The notes beneath the pieces are model-generated. The model did no database searches. It had not been told where the DNA came from and saw only the letters and a list, made by a program, of their open reading frames with translations. A stretch of DNA of 64,000 nt from assembly GCF_963921235.1 (NCBI RefSeq), contig NC_086097.1, forward strand, positions 200,696,001 to 200,760,000, given 5' to 3'. This DNA comes from Mobula hypostoma (lineage: Eukaryota). Of the stretch, positions 62,636 through 64,000 are shown one piece after another. How positions within the stretch are numbered: position 1 is the first letter of the stretch; each line of letters starts with the position of its first letter. The position numbers and the translations under genes were made by a program.

Positions 62636-64000
62636 AATGGAGGACTGTTTTAAATGCTTCAAAACAAAACTACTGTACTAGCATTGATAGTTATTTCCCC
62701 CTCTTGATTCTACTAATGTGGTAAATATTGCAATAGATCTAATAATTGTCCACAAATTCTTCAAAGCAGTTGTGCTCCTTATAACTGTGGCCAGTCCTCC
62801 AAGAACCCGGAGATTTCCTCACTGGCAGTTCGTTGTAAGCACTCTTTGCATGGTTAAGTATCGGTTTGATACAGGCCTACTGCTGCACTAAAGCCACCAA
62901 GAGTAAAATTCAATCACATATGCCTGACAATATTAGTCCATCACTACCAGGAGGGTTATATAAAGGACAGTACATGAAAGTTAGATGCTGGTAGCAACAT
63001 TTCACTGGACTAAACAGAACTGAATCACGCCTCATTAAACCAAAATTCAGGCATCTATTTGAGTGAACATATGCAGATTTCTGTATTTCTTCACTCCACA
63101 ACAATGGGGCCAGCAACATAATCAGTTCTTTGTTAAAATGTTAATGGTCTTGGAGATAGGATGAGAAACCATACCATTCTTAAGGCCAGTGAGAAGATGC
63201 AGAGGAAATCCAACAGAATGTTGCTTTCAATTTGAGAAAAGCTCATTTTAGAACACAGTGATAAATACAACCTTAAATGAAACACTGGGAGGACAGGAAT
63301 TGTTGGACGAAGTGCAGGCAAAGTTCATACAGTTCATCTTCTCAAGCATGCAGTCACGGTAATAATAATAATAGCTTTACATAGTGTGAGAAAGGATATT
63401 ATTATATTTCATTTTCTAATCTCACTATTCAAAAAAAATAGAGTAACAACTGACTAATGTGATTTTGTAAAAGACATTGCCCTGTTAAATCTCAAAATAA
63501 ATAAAGATGAATCAACAAATCATAGGAACAGAAACAAATATTGATAGTCTTTACCACATTATGTCAAAGGATGCACCACTACAATGGTACATTGAATACC
63601 CGGTTGCTAATTACGTAAGCTCTGTAGAAATGCAGAACTACATACTTAGCAGGCACTCCATTAACACTCAATGCCTTGAATTTGTTGGTAGACTGATCAA
63701 CAAGTATTAAATTGCCCTTTCCTCTGTCCATACTCTGCAGTGGGCAGATGAGAAATAAAATACTGTATTCTCTCCCTTGGTTGCAGAATGCAAAGGTAAA
63801 ATTATGTTCCTACTATATGTAAGGATTAAATTAACTTAATTTGTCATATCCAAATTGAAACATTGAATATTTCTACAATTTGCAGAGCATATATTTTATT
63901 GGCAGTCAATGCTAATGATCTTGGGACAAGAGCTGTATGTGGAAGTTATCTCCATTTCTCTTCAATGTCTATCCAGCATTTTCTATTTTTAATTCAGATT

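Overview
Eukaryotic (vertebrate) DNA made up mostly of retroelement debris. The repeat content suggests a cartilaginous fish; this is an inference, not a database result. It comprises many CR1 LINEs with (TAAGACCA)n or (TTCTATGT)n tails, Rex1/Babar LINEs, Penelope-like elements (PLEs) with GIY-YIG domains and hammerhead-type termini, three decayed Gypsy LTR elements, one R4/Dong-type fragment and tRNA-derived SINEs. Almost all long ORFs are pieces of transposon ORFs or their antisense shadows. I recognise no host protein-coding gene, only weak micro-exon candidates, so the window is probably intronic or intergenic. The most notable items are: a family of about 0.6-0.7 kb ORF-less retroposons with a LINE-like 5' end and a Rex1-like 3' tail; a 255-bp unique segment duplicated 12.4 kb apart; a TSD-bounded non-autonomous Gypsy with diverged LTRs inside a multi-layer nest; an R4/Dong fragment in a TAA-rich target; and a minisatellite born from a CR1 tail. 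I found no convincing new biological system. Boundaries were read by eye and are approximate unless a TSD or terminus is quoted.
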